Under the pieces are notes generated by a model. It worked only from the letters and a program-made list of their open reading frames with translations, searched no databases and was not told the origin of the DNA. A DNA stretch of 64,000 nucleotides from Amphiscolops sp. MND2022 (taxonomy: Eukaryota). The translations under genes were made by a program, and so were the position numbers. Below, one piece after another: positions 1 to 11,600 of the stretch (within the stretch, counting starts at the first letter, position 1; the number at the start of each line of letters is the position of its first letter). The stretch lies in contig OZ076413.1 of assembly GCA_964187785.1 (NCBI GenBank), forward strand, positions 50,346,001-50,410,000, written 5' to 3'.

Positions 1-635
1 TTCTGCGCAGTACGCAATTGATCACTGACTTGCAGGCCCTCACGCATTGTCGTCTGCATCACTTTAATATTTTTCACGATGGCGAGGTGTTGCTCGTTGC
101 ACTCAGCACGAGTGCTGGCCAGACCTGCTAAAGCCCGTTGGGTTTCGGCTTGGGCATCCAGTAACGCTGCCTTGTACACCGAAGACCGTTGCGACGAGGC
201 CAATGAACCCGTCATACTCCTAACGCGGGACGCCTCCTGACGACGCTCGCCTGCATTCAGCATGGGTGGTCGCACCTTCTTGTGCTTTCCGTAGGCACAG
301 ACCCGAGTAGGTCCTCGAGTGGTCCCGAGTCCTCGCGGTCTCGCGTAACCCATATCTCCCACATAGGTGAGGCCCTGCTCCATGTCGGTCTGTGAGCCAG
401 GTTGTGCCTCTTCAGCTGGGGGTGCGCGCGAGCACCCTTCCTCAGCCACAAATTCATTGGTTGCATTCGAATTGGGCCAGCCCTCCTCCACTTCATTGGT
501 TCTATCGCGGCAGGTTTCGTCAACCCACTGCTCGGTTCGACGCGAATTCTCGGAACCACTCAAATTCTCGGAGGGGGGAACCATAGCGGCCAACTCCTCC
601 TTTCGTTGTAGTTCAATAGTGACCTCATCAGACAT
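1..635 (-). CDS. gag: Probable gag N-terminus of element C (open to the window edge, >=211 aa, MSDEVTIELQRKEELAAM...)
   Basis: Hand translation from the ATG at 635 shows no stop before position 1. It lies downstream of the PBS and leader, where gag is expected, and has coiled-coil-like composition. No diagnostic gag motif falls inside the window. Confidence 0.55.
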   Translation of the reverse strand, partial: MSDEVTIELQRKEELAAMVPPSENLSGSENSRRTEQWVDETCRDRTNEVEEGWPNSNATNEFVAEEGCSRAPPAEEAQPGSQTDMEQGLTYVGDMGYARPRGLGTTRGPTRVCAYGKHKKVRPPMLNAGERRQEASRVRSMTGSLASSQRSSVYKAALLDAQAETQRALAGLASTRAECNEQHLAIVKNIKVMQTTMREGLQVSDQLRTAQ

Positions 636-3209
636 GTCGTCTGAAAAACGCGAACTATCCACCGTGACCCACGATTGTGAACATGTATTGGGCACCGCAA
701 TCAGTTCGGTGGCCAATACACTTATTATTAGCGATCGAGCAACCACTCACGTTTACTCGGAGGACTCAAATTAGGTTGCCGAAAGCACCAGGGTCTTCAA
801 TTCGAGACTGATCCCTTGGTCGTCTCGGTGAACACTTAAGAAAAATAATGTTATTCAATGTCCAAGATTTTCCGAAATGTGTTCTGGGGCTCGTAAGCTG
901 TGTAAATTTGCAGAGCGCTTTCACACAAGCACGCTGGGCCAGAAAATCAGCCTGGTTTGGGGCAAAAGATCTCCAGTCGCTCACAGGAAGGATTTCAAAG
1001 AAATTTTGGATTTTCCAAAAATCGCGCTACAACACTCCAGAGGCTCGTGTGTGCGCTGGAAGCGCTGTATCAAGCCCAAAATTTACCAGCAGATCTTAGG
1101 TACACGTAGGTTTACGAAATAGAAGACAGTTTTGAGCTGCGCCCCTTCTACACAGTTTCACCTAGGTACAGACGTGCGGTACCACTATGTACCGAAACAC
1201 ACTGTTTTTCACGTCTTTTTCAAGATTGCGGTCCACTGGAAAGAGCTAGCAAGCTCAAATTCTCTACAGCAACGTAGGAACTAGCAAAGGTCACGATGAT
1301 GGGCTGCAATATAGCCCCAACTGTCGGCTAAGGTGCCCGGGTTACTCGGAAAAATTAAGAAAAAACTACCTTTTTGCGCACCTTTTTGGGTGCCACGTTT
1401 TTCCTATTTTCTCAACAAGTATCACACGGATTGGCACCAAACTTGGTAGTTTATGCCAGTGGGCACCTACAATGCCACTGATTTGGTCGAATTGAAGCGC
1501 GAGCGCTTATTTGGGGTTTCGACCTACTACGTACGTTGTACACAAAAAATTACTGTTTTTGACGACTTTTTTCACAAATTGACCAAGAGGATCACCTCAG
1601 AAAGTGATACGGCGGGCAAAATGGGACCAACGTGTTGCCCCACTATCCGTAGCACTGGGATAATCCCTCAATTAGTTGTGCCTGTTAGGTATAAGGCACT
1701 GACAGTCCTGCAGTTTTGGATTTTTTCGGTCCTTTTACGCTGCTCTGAAGTCGAAACGTCAGAGAGCTTTTCTCGACTTTGGTGAGCGATACGCTCGCCA
1801 AATTTTGGGCACTAACGTTAATTTTTGTGGTAATTACGAAAATGCAAACACTTTTTGGCTAGGGTTCAGGAATCGATGACCCGACCCTAGCTCAGAGACA
1901 GTCCGGTTTAGTGGAAAATTGATTGAATTCAGTGCGTTTTTCCACTTTTCTCAGCACTGAATGGGAATTTTTACACGCGGTTTTCACCACCACGCGTCGT
2001 TTTTACTACTAAAATTGAAAATGAGAGCGCTCAAGCCCGCTCTCTTCGAATAAGCTTTGTTCCGGATGCTTTCGGATAATGCACTTTCTATGCTCGAAAA
2101 TACCAAAAATCACAAGTTTTTCACACTGTGTCAGCCCCAGGCTGCCTGAGTCCGCTACAAAGGTTGCAGTTAGTATCCTGAGGGTCAACTACACTTAAGG
2201 CGACGCCGTACACTGCTTTTTTGCACTTCCATACTCGTGTACGTTCATATTTTAGGTGCCTTTTTGGCCAAATTCCCACTTTTTCCACATTTTTCGGCAT
2301 CAAATTGGCACTTTTATCACAACCAAAGGCAGCAATTCCGCCTTTCGTGCCTTGCGCCGGCTTTCTCGAGCCTTGCAGCTGCTTTTTCAAAATTTTCCAC
2401 CAAGTTTTCCTGGCTTCTTTGAGCACTAGTGCTCGAAACCAAGAAAAACACCAAAAAAAACGCAAAAATGGGGTTTTTTTCTCCAAATGCTATCTTTTTC
2501 ACAGAAAAGCACTTCATAGGGTGTCGTTACATTTATGGTAGAACGTTACTGACCTGCACTAACGATTCCCCATCGAAAGAGGTGTATTTTCAAAATTTTC
2601 GCCAACCATACTCCCTCTGAGCGACACATCTGGTCATAGGGCGTGCATCTTCGCCACGTTATTTCTCCACATCTAGACCAGACAGAAACACGCGGGTGGG
2701 ACCATTAGCACCGTCTGTCGTTGCGCTTGCTGTCCACCGAAAACCATGCCTCTAGGACGTCTCCACGAGAAATGGGAGTAGAAAGTAGGTAACACACAAT
2801 TTGTCCCCTCCTTCGCCTCGCTGGACTATGGTCAACCATCCATCCGTTAACCTCTTGCATGGCATAAAATGGCTGAAAATAGCTCAAAAAACCTGTTAGA
2901 CACCCGTAGCCACGTGCTACGGTCCTCTACACCTGCAAAAAGGTACCCGCTGATGGGTATACAACACATCACACATAAAGAGCGATTTCCTTCTAAAATG
3001 CCCAAAAATACCATTTTCACACCTGAAAACACGATTTCTTCGGCATTTTCTCTGGTTCAACGCCTCTCCCAGTTCCAGTAAGACGTAATACGACTAAAAA
3101 AAGGTAAAACTCTGCTTCTCTCTCCTGTCCAGAGTCAAAAACGGGCTTGGCGCTGATCACCAGGAGGCCAGAACTTTTAAAAACCGCTAGGGAAAGTTTC
3201 CCAAGACGA

Positions 3210-3226
3210 TCCCTCTGTGGTCGCCA
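3210..3226 (-). promoter_or_regulatory. Primer-binding site of element C (TGGCGACCACAGAGGGA, tRNA-Arg-like)
   Basis: Same 17-mer as after LTRs A and B. Starts with TGG and resembles the complement of the tRNA-Arg(TCG) 3' end. Confidence 0.75.
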
Positions 3227-3241
3227 AAAAATGAGGTTCTA

Positions 3242-3970
3242 TGTAACGATAAGCGCTGGCGCTTGAACCGCAACTTAGAGTGGAGGAACTAGAACAGCGA
3301 ATATAATCTGGGACCTAGATCTCCGCGGCTCTAGCTGATTTTCCCTCCGAAGGAGCCAGTCCCAAGGTGGGGGAACCGTCTTGTAGGATACTCTCTGGCC
3401 TGGTCCTAGTCTGTAACTGCTAAAAGTAACAGGCATCTTGCATGACTCAAGACCACTGCTCAACTAGCCTTTACAAGTCGGGCTGAAAATCGGTGAAGGT
3501 TGAACCGTAGTATTGGAGAATCTGATAAAATCGCCAAGTTGGATAAACAGATGTTAAATAACAGCTCTCGAGCACATTAATTTATCACATTGAAAAATAC
3601 AACAAGAAATCAAGAGTTCAGAGTCATTTGTTGGAAATTGACCTCAGCTTCCCAGCGCTAGCGCTAGTTGCCACACAGGATACCACAGGAACACTCAGGC
3701 GAACATCTGGAACACTGGTTTTCTCTACTGTAGTAACGGTAATCTCCTAGAGATGGACACTATACCGTGTTCTGTATACGCTGTGGCCGTCTCTCTAGTC
3801 GTCTCCGGTGCTTGTTCGTCGCGAGCGGCAATTTCTGATTTTCTGGGGTGCTTTTTCTGGCAGGTACTTCGTCTTGAGCATGTTTGAGTGCCACGTCAAA
3901 TTTGAACGAATTTTTGACAAAATTTCTAAACATGTCGGTTGATATTGCTGTACCAGAGCTTGCCGTTACA
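3242..3970 (-). repeat. 5' LTR of element C (729 bp)
   Basis: TGTAAC...GTTACA termini, similarity to LTR B, and a downstream PBS on the minus strand. Confidence 0.85.
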
Positions 3971-4140
3971 CATCGTACTGAGAAACGTATAACTGTACGG
4001 CACATCGTCGTACAAAAAGCAAGATAGCTTGGAATTAATTTCGACCGACTCGAACAAAATGACTCTAGCAAGTCTTTCATCGAATAGAAACACCTCGTAT
4101 ATAATGAAGTTAGGATGCATGTCTGACGAAACAATCCTGC

Positions 4141-4250
4141 AGTTGGAAAGTTTAGCTCACTTTCTCAGAGTATTGTACACCTTTTGCCAAGTCCATGGAC
4201 TTAGCAAAAGGTGTTAAATACTCTGAGAGAGTGAGCTAAACTTTCCAACT
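4141..4250. repeat. 110-bp near-perfect palindrome (hairpin or foldback MITE-like)
   Basis: AGTTGGAAAGTTTAGCTCAC...GTGAGCTAAACTTTCCAACT, centred on CCATGG (4193-4198), with about 4 mismatched pairs. Confidence 0.85.
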
Positions 4251-5263
4251 AAACCTTTAAAAGTATTCAAAGAGAGCAGATTGTTGACACATTTTTTGAT
4301 ACACATTTACAAATAGAACTGTATCAAAGTAAAAAGATAAATCTACCATTCCCCATATGGTCTAGATACACTACAGTTCTGTCAACGGAGTTTTATCCAA
4401 CATCAGTACTTCGTCGGAACATAGCTATAACATCTCCAAAATTGTACAAATTTTGATTTGAAACGTTCCAATTATTAGATTTAAATTTTATCACAAAGAG
4501 ATGTACTTCCAACAAATTCTATTCTTTTTTTTCATTCAGATCCAGATCTGAGATAGTTATCCATAGTTTAGCCATTTTTCAAGATGCATTATCCTTTATA
4601 CTCTTTAAAACTTTCATATTTTCAAATTTCAATTTCACGTGATGAAAAAATCCAATTTATGGTTCACCAGATCTCAATCAGCTGCTTCATTCAGATCCAT
4701 TTCTCAGTTCCTAGAATTAAAGTATTGAGAGACCATATCCAATTACACTACATGTATTCGAATCTATACTGTATATCTACTATTTGACTAATGATATAAA
4801 CAAGAAAAGGTAAATGCATTGAAGTCAATTCGTTTCATGAACATGACATGACGCACGCTCTATTAGAAAGGGTCCCTATTCTTTTCGTTAGTCTACTGTT
4901 TTACCCGATTTACAAATTTGTTCAGTCATTTACCCAATTCAACTGTTTTATTTTACCAATATCGAAGACTGATTTCCAGGTGTTAATTGAGAGAATCCTT
5001 ATTAACTTTATTGTCAAGTTCAGTCAGCTCAAGTTTATTTGATTGTTGCAATTTGTTGTCGTTATAAAGAATTAGAAACGAAAACAAACAATTTTAAAAA
5101 CCAATAATTAACCTAATTATCGCGACCTGTTTTAGCTGAGAATTTAAAACCCGGAATTGATGTACCGAGAAACGATGTCGTGAAAAAACGCAACCAATGA
5201 TTATTATTATTATTATCAAAAACTATGGATTTTCAATCATATCAATTTTAAATCAGCTGCAAA

Positions 5264-5776
5264 ATGCGGAGAAGCTATTTGTGGTACTGCACAATATGCA
5301 TGATCTTTTTATCACTCGTTCTTCTCAGCGCATGGGATTCAAAAGTTTCCATCTTCCATGCAAATTCAAAATTCATGGCAGAACGTCAAACATTGCTTTA
5401 TCGTCAACCCATATCAATAGTCACAGATCGGAACTTTTCAGCTAAATGCGCTGAATTATACAACAAGTCAGCCAGTGATGTTTCGATTAACGAAGCAATC
5501 AACGTGAATGATCACCGGTACCTCTTTTCCAAGGAACACTGGGTCAACATGGGCGCAGACTGGGGGTTGAATTGTGATGATTACTTTTCATACCACGGAT
5601 ATTATAACAAGCGGGGGCCTATCAACCTGTTTGAACAATTGTTTCCTTTAGCTTTCGGGATCCTAATCTATCACGAAGTGGACCAGTTTGAACAACTCTT
5701 TCGGGCTATCTACAGACCTCATAACTACTACTGTGTGCATGTTGATGATTCAGCTATGAAACAATTCAAAGCCATG
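5264..5776 (+). CDS. Core-2/I-branching beta-1,6-N-acetylglucosaminyltransferase (GT14, GCNT-like), exon 1
   Basis: N-terminal signal anchor (YLWYCTICMIFLSLVLLSAW) and the GT14 motif FPLAFGILIYH...EQLFRAIYRPHNYYCVHVD. Phase-0 donor ATG|GTTATT at 5777. Confidence 0.9.
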
Positions 5777-6642
5777 GTTATTTAGTTACTGAACAACTTA
5801 ATATTACATCCAAAGTTGGAAGAGTTCTCTTTAGCGAACATCTTTGGATATCTTGCCAAGATCTTGGAACAATCTTATCCAAGATCTTGCAAACCATTTG
5901 CCATGGTACGCCATCAAACCATGCATGATTTCAAAAATATCTGATTACGACAGAACGGCAAGACGGAATGAAACATTTTTCCAAAAACTGAAATATCGAG
6001 CCACCACAAAATGCTACAAAGTTGATACTAATGTAAAAAAAAACATTTGAAATTCAGCTTCAATGAGGAGAATAGTTCACTTAAAAACAGTTTTTTGCAA
6101 ACTCTGTCCGCCAAATCTAAACTCTGGTTTTCGCAAAATTGTCAATCCTACAAGAATGGGTTTTCACACGAGATATGTTTGCTTATCCCTGAATATTGGA
6201 ATACAATTAATCCTAGTGCCTCCTCACTCTGCCACACTAATCGAGGAGATTTTCGTCAAGTCCACATAACAAGAGGGTCAACGGGAAAAGATTGAAATTG
6301 CTTGCGTAAAATCTGACACATTGCAAAAGCTCTCAATCACTTGTGAAATATCTGGAAACACAGAATTAGGACAGATTAGAATGCACAAAGATTTCTACGA
6401 GTTTTTTGCAAAGTCAGTAATGCAATACAGTGTTCAAATCTAAGGTGCTGCTTTTAAAACAAATTCAGAAACTATAGACAATGCTCAAAGGAAAACTTGG
6501 CGGCAATCTTTATCGGAAACAGAAGGATTTTTCTGCAGCGACTTTGTTTGGACAAAAACATCCCGAAACAATGTTACATTCCAGACGTTCCAGAACAGTT
6601 AAGAGGCTTCGCACAGTCCTCCTTCAAGACCACGTCAAACAC

Positions 6643-7190
6643 AAACAAGACGGGAACGTCCCAAGTCGGCGCCATATCTTAGGCTCAAAAATATTCAAGG
6701 AACAACTATTGGAAACATTTGGAAAAATTATTTTTTTTCAAAAAAAATTTGAAATTTTTTTTTCGAAAAAAAAGTATATTTTTAGAAAGTCGCACAATGC
6801 CGAAAAACTCAAAAAGAGGCCATTCAGGCTCATTAAACGTTTTTACAAACCGAAAACTTCAAAAAAATGCAATTGATAGATTCCGAAAATTTTCGAAAAA
6901 AAAGTCGCATAGTGCCGAAAAAAACGAAAAAAATCAAACGAAACGAAACAAAGCTTTGGTCTCGCATCTACTTTTGGAAGCATAAAAAATTTGTGGTTTA
7001 GTGCGAGAATCGAACCCACGATCCCCTGCTTCTCAGAAAATTAGTTGAACAAATGTGAACAAATGTGAACAAAGATTGTAAGAAAAGTAGACCACTCAGA
7101 GTGAGATTGTCAACTGAAAAAAAAACAAAAAAAAACTACTCACTGTAAGAGTCGGGCTTTTTTCCTTAAGGGAAAAGGCGCCGACTAAAA
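6643..7190. mobile_element. Non-autonomous interspersed repeat with Helentron/HINE (DINE-1)-like structure, in intron 1
   Basis: Starts AAACAAG. Subterminal inverted repeats AGTCGGCGCC (6664-6673) and GGCGCCGACT (7177-7186), an imperfect terminal hairpin at 7150-7186, an internal GAACAAATGT tandem repeat and an A-run end. Confidence 0.5.
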
Positions 7191-7689
7191 ATATACAGTA
7201 CATGTAGGAAAGCTACAACTTCTCTACGGTTCTGGAACGCTTAGAAAGTAAAGTTTCTTTTAAGACTTTCAAGATGTTTTAATCCACACAAATTGACTGT
7301 ATCTTCTACCAAATCAATCTCATTGATTCTTAGCATATTCAAACAGTTCATCAATTGCATTTGCACAAAAAGAATTATCGCAAGCTGTTTTTGTGTGCTG
7401 AAAATTGACCTATTTTTCATGAATTGGAGCTCAAAACTTCCACTCAATGTTCATTGGGGATTGATTGGCCTACAATGTTCACGTTTTTTCTTCATTTTTT
7501 GTCAAAAAAGGAACTTTTTTGCGATTTTCATGTCAAAACATCTTCATCATCGTAACAATTCCTAGAAGAGCATCAGTCAGCTGTCAAACTTTGCATCTGC
7601 TTCCTGTAAATTTTTCTTCCCAAATCAAAGAGCTTAAATGTAAGTCATCCCTAACCGAGATTGCTTGAAGTTTTTACATGCTTGAATGG

Positions 7690-8187
7690 AAACATGGATG
7701 CTATTTTTTAACAAAGCATGGAAAATTCCGGAAGCCTGCTTGGAGAAATTTTGTAGGATTACAATGCAGCTTCCACTATTTAATCTAAAACTGAAAAGAT
7801 TTCCACATCGTCACCGTCGCGATCACTTTGTTTTTTCAAGTAAGTCCCTCATGTAATCACCGTTAGTCAAATAGCACTCTGAATATGACGCTACTTGGAG
7901 ATTTATAATGTTACTGAAATTTATTTGCATTGAAATCACGGTAAAATTGAGTTCTCAGCTGCTTTTAAAATTCGAACTGCTGCTTGATGAAACCATGGCT
8001 GCAGCAAACTGTCGTGACTCGGAATTGCCGCCAAATTTAAGATGTTGTAGGCAGCCTAATGAAATTAAATTGAATCAGTGAAATTTTATTGCATGGAAGT
8101 TTCTTTGAGAATTTCATAAACTCGTGAAAAATTAGCTTTGTAACCTGCAAAAAAATTGTAAAAAGTTCACGCAAGTTCAACCAGGGA
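7690..8187 (+). repeat. Dispersed repeat, inverted homolog of 51001-51490 (possible MITE with a CCCTGG end)
   Basis: GTCAAATAGCACTCTGAATATGACGCTACTT at ~7866 matches the reverse complement at ~51287-51317. The end CAACCAGGG corresponds to CCCTGGTTG at 51001. Left boundary approximate. Confidence 0.6.
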
Positions 8188-8530
8188 CTGGAATTTTATC
8201 TTGAAAAAATCGCAAGAAAAAGATGAAAAAAAAACGTTTGAATAAGATACAAAAATCAATGACATTGTCCCTAAACTCAGTGAACGAATGAAAAAGAATC
8301 TAAGAATGAATACATCAGTCTGTAAAAGCGCGATACGGATCTAAAAATTGCGGGCATTAAATCAACAAAACACTGGAAAAGAATCCGAAACAGGAAGTTT
8401 CTTCACTAGTGAAGTGATTTATGCATATGACAAGTCAGCAGGCATGTTGACCTTATTTCTGCGACACCACAAATAGTAACATCGACCATTTTCAATCAAG
8501 TCGTTCAGCAACTAGTCTTTTTGGTTTCAG

Positions 8531-8768
8531 GTGCGCCAACTCTTGGACTGCTTTCCATCCAACGTATTTCTCGTGCCAGCGCCAATTGACGTAGAATGGG
8601 GACGTCCTTCTACGTTGAGAGCAGAGCTGGAATGCATGAAAATGTTGCTCATTCTCAGCGGTAAATGGAAATATTACATCAATTTCACTGGAGAGGAATT
8701 TCCTCTCATGACCAACTTGGAGTTCGTGGAATTTCTTTCGCGACTCAGAGGTTCAAACTTGATTGAAG
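8531..8768 (+). CDS. GT14/GCNT-like glycosyltransferase, exon 2
   Basis: Acceptor TTTCAG| at 8530. Encodes VRQLLDCFPSNVF...VEWG...AELECMKML...WKYYINFTGEEFPLMTNLEFV. Phase-1 donor G|GTAAGT at 8769. Confidence 0.92.
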
Positions 8769-9537
8769 GTAAGTGATAGTTTTTTTAACATTTCAATTAC
8801 TCCGCATAAAGTTGCTTTAATTCGCAGTTAAAAATTTTTCATCAAAAATGAGTTTCAAAATATCATCGAATGGTTCCGTTCAGTATGCAATTTTTTCACC
8901 TTCAGCACCAAATTTATAAAACGACCCAATTTTATCACCTATAGACGTTTATCCACCATTCATTAATTTGTCATGTAAAAATCATTGCATGATTATGAGA
9001 TTGAATCCATGATCGATGGAAGGTCATGGATGAAAATGCTTGTTGTATTGGACGATCATATATGGAAACCCACGAATTCAAATTTGTTATGAAATGTTTT
9101 TAAAAACTTTAAACTTTCGAAAAAACACAATGTTCTTTTTGGTTTCAGTTGATATTTTCAAACATCATACGAAACTAATTACTTGAATTGATGAATTGAA
9201 ACTAGTAGTTCAAAGTCTAATAGTGAAACCCGATGTAACACTATACATCAAACTTTGTTTTTGATGCAATTCAGATGCCATCCCATTTTGAGTTCTAAAA
9301 AACGGCTCTTTTCTGTTTCCCCCCCCCCCCCACCAAAATATTTTTGGAAAATTAGTGAAAATATTATAACAAATAGATTTGAAGACAAACCAGAAAGCTT
9401 CAGTTTTAAACTTATTCTCAAAGTGATAGAAAGGATTCAGATACAAACTTTGTTCACAGTTTTTCCTTAAGTAGTCACGCTTTTTCGATGAAGAAATCAA
9501 CAACTTCCTGTTTTGAGTCATCAATAGACACTTAATA

Positions 9538-10279
9538 TGTAACGTCCGGCAGTCGGCGAACAGAACGAACTTTGAAAATTTCGTTCAAGATGTCAAAGTG
9601 TGCGATATCGAAAAATGCACAAGATGGCCGACCTGACAGGTACTGGAAATTGAAAAAGAGGACGAAAGAGTGCAAAAAGGACCCACCCTCCACCCAGGAA
9701 CGAGAATGTCCGAGATGTCATCACCCAGAAGGCGAGAGAATCAGCAATTCTGCCATCTGACAACAAAAAGACAGGGTTTTGGCAGAAAAGTGCCAAATGA
9801 GACCATTGTGCCCCGAAGATGAGGAATGATGCCAGAGGCAGGAAGCCGATGATCGCCACCGAACTGTAACTGTATACTTTATTGGGGCCTATCCCCACCT
9901 ATTTTGACTGTTTATAGCGTATTTGGATAATGTTTGACCTACTAGGTCCTCATTTTAGTCCTTATTCACTCAATATAATTTATTTCAGCTAGACACCTTT
10001 TTGGACCTCGGAAGTATGTAGGAACTCGTAGGAACGTGCTAGAAACCTTAGGATACGTTTTTACAGGCTTGTGGGGCGTGTCCGGACTTTGAGAGTGCCG
10101 GCGCGTCGCTTCGGAGCTCTAACTAGAGAAGCCTCCTTAGACGATAGAGAAGTCCCCCTTGGAGACCATTTTGGGATCAAAAACTAGTGTCTAGGTATGT
10201 AGTAAGACAACGGTCTCCTGCTTAAGCATCCTAGGCATTGTCCCTCTTCCTAGATGTGCGTCGCTAGCCGGTCGTTACA
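9538..10279 (+). repeat. 5' LTR of element A (742 bp)
   Basis: TGTAACG...CGTTACA termini; repeated at 14213-14587 and 30069-30438. Confidence 0.93.
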
Positions 10280-10295
10280 TCTGGAATAGTTTTTA

Positions 10296-10312
10296 TGGCG
10301 ACCACAGAGGGA
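10296..10312 (+). promoter_or_regulatory. PBS of element A (tRNA-Arg-like)
   Basis: TGGCGACCACAGAGGGA, after a 16-nt spacer following the LTR end. Confidence 0.75.
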
Positions 10313-10904
10313 TATTTTTCATTTTGCGTACAAGTAGGAGCAACTTCTGCTTTCCGGCCCCGGAGGGTCCAGATCTAGGAAAACATTTTGGAGAGTCCTA
10401 GATTATTTTTATTACCTTAATCAAGCCTTTTAGGTTTTCTTCTAGCTGAATTCCTGCGTTTCCTGCATGTTTCCGAGGTCTGAGATGAGAATTAACTGTT
10501 TCATTGCAAAGTACCGTTTAGACACCGTTTCTCTGTACCAAGGTTAACCATCCGGCTTAACCGGATTCTGTTTTAAAGGGTTTTGTAGTCTCATTTCAGC
10601 TTAGTTGTAATGTATTGGGACTGCAGGGACGTGGTGTGAGCGCCTCCACTAGGTGTGACGACGGAGTGACGTCCTTCACGGCAACACCCTCTTGACCCAC
10701 TGGTGGATCACGACGAATCGGCTGGGTTACAATCTCCTTTTTTGTTTTTGTGGCTTTAAAAGCCTATTTCCAGGCGTACTCCCATTAGTAAGAACTGAGA
10801 AAAATACCCACTGGGTATTTCGATTGTTTTCTGAAAAAATATAGCGAGCTAGCCATAACACCCTATATAGCTCAAATATCGATTTAGTCACTTTTAAAAG
10901 TCGA

Positions 10905-11600
10905 AATTTTATCAGAAGATAGTACGGCCAATGGGAATACAATAAAAACGTTCCATTAAACCTATTAGGTCAGGAACAGAAAATTTTGTTTAGATAAATT
11001 GTCAAAAACACCGAAAACTTTAGCAATTTTTGTTTGAAAACGTCAACTTTGGACTTTGAGACGAAAAATGGTGATGGCGAAGCCCTGTTCCTTTTTCTCA
11101 GAGCATTGCGAGCCACCTAAAACTCTTTTTCCCGAGCCAGATATCAGAAAACGTTATCGTTAAGCAGTTTTTTGAGGCCCTCCAACGAAATATTGAATAA
11201 GTTACTAGCCAATTTTCATTATCATACAATAGCCACTTATTGGTCACCATTACTTACAAATGCCAAAATTTTTCAGAAGAGGGTACGGCCAGTGGCAATA
11301 TTGAAAAAACGTTCCAACAGACCTACCAGGTCAGGAACAGAACTTTTTGTTTAGCTAAATTGCGAAAATACTAAAAAAAACTAGCGATTTTTGTTTGTGA
11401 AGACTCCAAATTGGCCTAATCGACCAAATGTGGTGAGGGCGAAGCCTTGAGCGTTTGTTCCAAAGCTCTCAGAGCTGCCTAAAAACATTGTTCCCGAGCT
11501 TGGTGGTACAGAACACTACTGCCAAGACGTTTTTTACCCTTCCCCAATATAAATTGATAGTTTAACCCTTGACTTTCTATTGTTATACATAGACCTGAGT
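10905..11600 (+). repeat. Diverged ~360-bp tandem duplication inside element A
   Basis: CAGAAGA..GTACGGCCA.TGG...AAAAACGTTCCA...AGGTCAGGAACAGAA...TGGTGA.GGCGAAGCC occurs at ~10912-11085 and again at ~11274-11446. Boundaries approximate. Confidence 0.7.

Larger units (their letters stand above)
1..3970 (-). mobile_element. Gypsy-type LTR retrotransposon C, 5' part (5' LTR, PBS, long leader, start of gag), truncated by the window edge; related to element B
   Basis: The LTR at 3242-3970 begins on the minus strand with TGTAACGGCAAGCTCTGGTACAGCAATATC, identical to the LTR B start, and ends GTTACA. PBS at 3210-3226. The leader at ~790-2035 is the reverse-complement homolog of B ~16560-17800. Confidence 0.85.

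Noticed and set aside
3971..4130. Possible minus-strand host exon next to LTR C
   Set aside because: Short, with no recognisable homology or partner exons.
6994..7040. tRNA gene (B-box-like GGGTTCGATTC on the minus strand)
   Set aside because: No complete cloverleaf could be built, and it is embedded in an interspersed repeat.
9572..9898. Short ORFs repeated at 9572/14247, 9593/14268 and 14664/29372
   Set aside because: These are by-products of LTR duplication with no coding evidence.
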